A stretch of 64,000 nt of DNA, from positions 184,822,001 through 184,886,000 of the forward strand of contig NC_091470.1 of the NCBI RefSeq assembly GCF_036971445.1, given 5' to 3'. The first letter of the stretch is position 1; each line of letters begins with the position of its first letter. This DNA is from Narcine bancroftii (taxonomy: Eukaryota). The translations under genes were made by a program, and so were the position numbers. Positions 61,143 to 64,000 of the stretch are shown here, piece after piece. The notes under the pieces were generated by a model. The model saw only the letters and a program-made list of their open reading frames with translations, was not told the DNA's origin and ran no database searches.

Positions 61143-62178
61143 TGTGACAGATTATGTTATATTTTATATTATGTATAGAAATGTTTTTGGGAGATAAATT
61201 GTAGGGTTTTTAGTTAGGTCACAGACAAATACAAGCACTTCAACACAGATCTCATTTAAAATGCCAGAGCTCTGCTCAAGCCAGACAGTCCAGGCTCCCA
61301 ATACCTTTGTAAGGTCAATGGAAATTGCTTTGCTGAAGGACTTCACAAGTAGGTGTTAATTGGACTTGCTGTGGAGTAACGGATTATTGTTTTGGAAGGC
61401 AACAGATGAACGAACTCAGAATATTAGGTCCAGAGCCACAGTCTGTCTGAGTGCAGTTGGCTGTTCTAAGAGGGTAATGTGATTTTCTCTGAGAGTGAGT
61501 GTGTGTGTGTGAGAGAGAGAAAGAGAGAGAATTCAGTTCTACAGTTCAGCAGCAGCAGCTGGGACTGGAACAAGACAAGTTGGCAAGCTTGTGGAAAACC
61601 CCATTTTGAAGACAGGTTGGGAATTCTGAGTTCAGCCTGTTCATAGCCCTTGTGATTCATACAAGAGAAGATGGCTGGCTGTATAATGTTTCACTTGAAA
61701 TAAGGGAAACTAAAAAGGAACTCTGTGGTGACTTGAAAGAAAGAGGTGATCATCTGGAAAACCTTGATGGAGCAAGTTTCTTCAGCAAGAAACTGAAGTG
61801 GCTGATCGGAAGGAATCAGTTGTAGGTGTCCAACGAGCAACAAATCTCTCTCTGAAAGCTGACAAGAACCTTCCTGAGTGGTAACCATTTACCTTTCAAG
61901 CACAAAAGCCTGGTGAACTTTATAAATGTTAAATTCTGTGCACAGTATAAGAATTGCCCGTGAACATGGAGGAGTGAGAAGTGAGATTGGACTGTGAGTC
62001 AAAGAACCATACATGTGTGCTTAGAATTAGGAGGTTAAGCTAAGTTAATAGTAACAAGTTAAATTTTGATCGTGTTTTTATGTTTAAATAAAATTAAAAG
62101 CAACTTTTGTTTAAGTGACCATTTGTCTTGGTGAATTTCTATTGCTGCTGGGTTTTGGGGTCCTCTAGATCTGTAACA
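61143..62178 (+). mobile_element. ~1-kb solo LTR (family B)
   Basis: TGTGACAG...GTAACA ends with 4-bp TSD ACAC. Confidence 0.82.
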
Positions 62179-62651
62179 ACACCATTAGATAGCTCTCTCC
62201 AGATCTTCACTGACCCCTGCTGGAAAGAGATGGATGATCATCTCAGGTGCAGGGATTCTGTGCATGAGAGTTCCATGGAAAGGTCAAGGGGCCATCACAG
62301 GCTGCGGGTTGCTGATGTCCTGTGGTCAAGGGACCCGCCCCAGTCTTTCATGATGCCCGGTTATCGGAACTGGGATCCAGGAGGGCGCTGAGGGCTCCCA
62401 AAGGGCCTCAGGCGCCGAAGGCTTCCTGATTATGTCAGAGGCTTGGACCGGGAGCTCAGGTCGCCAACCAGATTTAACAGGAGTCTGTGCAGAGGCTACT
62501 GGAGCACCAGAGGCGAATCTGCGGGCACTCCGTCGGTCCCCGCCATTCTAATCATGGGCTGAACCATCCTCCCACTCAGCCCCACTCCCCGGCTTTCTCC
62601 CCGTAATCCTTGATGCCCTGACTGATGTCAATCTCTACCTTAAAATACACC

Positions 62652-62978
62652 TGTGACAGATTATGTTGCTTTTGTATTGTATATAGATATGTTTTTGGGA
62701 GATAAATTGGGATAGGTTTTTAGTGTAGGTCACATATAAGTACTTTAAAACAGATCTTATTTAAAATACTAGAGCTCTGCTCATGCTAGACAGTCTAGAG
62801 CCTTTGCAGAAGCTTCAGAGAGTGCCCAAGAGACTTCACTAATGGATTGTTGTTTACAAAAAGGCCAGGCAGGGACGTGTCAGAGCCGCATTCTGTCTGG
62901 AGTGGAACTTGCTGTTCTAGCAGGATCATGTGGTTTTGCAAGCACAGAGAGTAACACAGGCTTTCTACCTGAGAGAGT

Positions 62979-63012
<34 letters not shown>

Positions 63013-63110
63013 GACAGAGATCAGTTCTGCAGAGTTACAGTTCAGCAGCAGCAGCTGGGACTGGAACAGGACAAGCTGGCAAACTTGTGGAAAACCCCAT
63101 TTGGAAGAAA
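62652..63110 (+). mobile_element. 5' half of a family B LTR
   Basis: Starts TGTGACAGATTATG like the copy at 61143, and similarity ends near 63110. Confidence 0.7.
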
Positions 63111-63229
63111 GGTTGTCAAAATAAAGACAAGGTTGGCAGGGAGACCAGGCCAACAAATGATGTTTAATTGGATACTACTGTGGAACCGGCAGTAGTATTA
63201 GCCAGCGGTTGGACCCTGCGGAGCCGGCA

Positions 63230-63790
63230 ATAGTATCTGCGAGTGGTTGGACCCCGTGGAGCCGGCAGTAGTACTACCAGCGGCTGGACCCAGCAGAGCA
63301 GTGCTGTGTCTCCGCTCCCCGCTGACTTCGGGACCACACCAGCGCAGCGGCTCCGTATTTGCTTTACAAATGCAATTGCATTGTATAGATTGGGTTCCCT
63401 GGTTGAAGCGATTCCGTCCCTGCCTGGAGTGTGTTGGGCATTGCCGGCGCTAGGACCCGGTTCTGCCCATATCTGAGCCGGCGCGAGGACCCGGGGCTGC
63501 CCGCGGCGGGCAGGACGTCACAAGGTGGCTGGAGCGGGGCTGCCGGGTCGGGTCGGCGAGCCGGTCCGGGTCCAGGTCCAGGTCCAGAAGCGGGGCCAAG
63601 ACCGGAGCGGGACCGGGTCCAGGAGCGGGACCGGAGCCGTGACCATGGCACCGGGTGGGGCGGCCGTCGGACTGCGGGTCCTGGCCACAGTCTGCTCGCT
63701 GCTGCCGCTCGGAGCGGCGCTTCCTGTTCCGGTCGGGACCGGGATGGAGGTGAAGAGGAGGAGTGAGAGGGGGGGGGCGGAGAGGGCGAA
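63230..63790. promoter_or_regulatory. CpG island / probable promoter and 5'UTR
   Basis: Very high GC and CpG density relative to the rest of the window, GC-box-like GGGCGG and GCGGGG motifs, and it contains the ATG at 63645. Confidence 0.65.
63645..63749 (+). CDS. Probable first coding exon (signal peptide) of an unidentified secreted or membrane protein gene, divergent from the Ig-like gene
   Basis: Kozak context gaccATGG inside a CpG-rich island. Translation MAPGGAAVGLRVLATVCSLLPLGAALPVPVGTGME, with a candidate donor GAG|gtgaag. It is missing from the ORF track, probably because the frame runs stop-free off the window. Confidence 0.6.
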
Positions 63791-64000
63791 GGGGGTAGGG
63801 GGGGCGAAGGGGGTAGGGGGGGCGAAGGGGGTAGGGGGGGCGAAGGGGGTAGGGGGGGCGAAGGGGGTAGGGGGGGCGAAGGGGGTAGGGGGGGCGAAGG
63901 GGGTAGGGGGGGCGAAGGGGGTAGGGGGGGCGAAGGGGGTAGGGGGGGCGAAGGGGGTAGGGGGGGCGAAGGGGGTAGGGGGGGCGAAGGGGGTAGGGGG
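63787..64000 (+). repeat. 18-bp G-rich tandem repeat (GGGGGTAGGGGGGGCGAA)n, running off the window
   Basis: About 12 near-perfect units. Confidence 0.97.

Overview
This is repeat-rich vertebrate genomic DNA, most likely from a cartilaginous fish (elasmobranch, possibly a ray). That call rests on the Ig-type gene and the V-SINE, CR1, Penelope and RTE repeat content. The main feature is a minus-strand, antibody-like gene that appears not to rearrange. One exon (43324-43701) encodes a complete V domain with its J-like G strand already joined and no RSS. Three C1-set constant-domain exons follow (39862-40179, 27006-27326, 24406-24724), joined in frame through phase-1 GT-AG introns. I found no transmembrane exon, so the predicted product is a secreted V-C-C-C chain of about 450 aa. 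This architecture matches what I recall of UrIg, the MHC-linked non-rearranging elasmobranch Ig-like gene; the identity is unverified. A CpG-rich first exon encoding a signal peptide, belonging to a divergently oriented gene, starts at 63645. The rest is nested mobile DNA: a full-length decayed Gypsy element (both LTRs, tRNA-Trp PBS, ACCT TSD), CR1, L1/Tx1, RTE, Rex/L2 and Penelope pieces, solo LTRs, hAT MITEs, V-SINEs and a tRNA-Thr pseudogene. Two oddities stand out. One is a 5'-intact, 3'-truncated L1 with a perfect 17-bp TSD. The other is a 33-bp minisatellite that grew out of an L1 ORF2 and carries three RTE insertions at the same position of the repeat unit. All coordinates and splice models were read by eye and have no transcript support.
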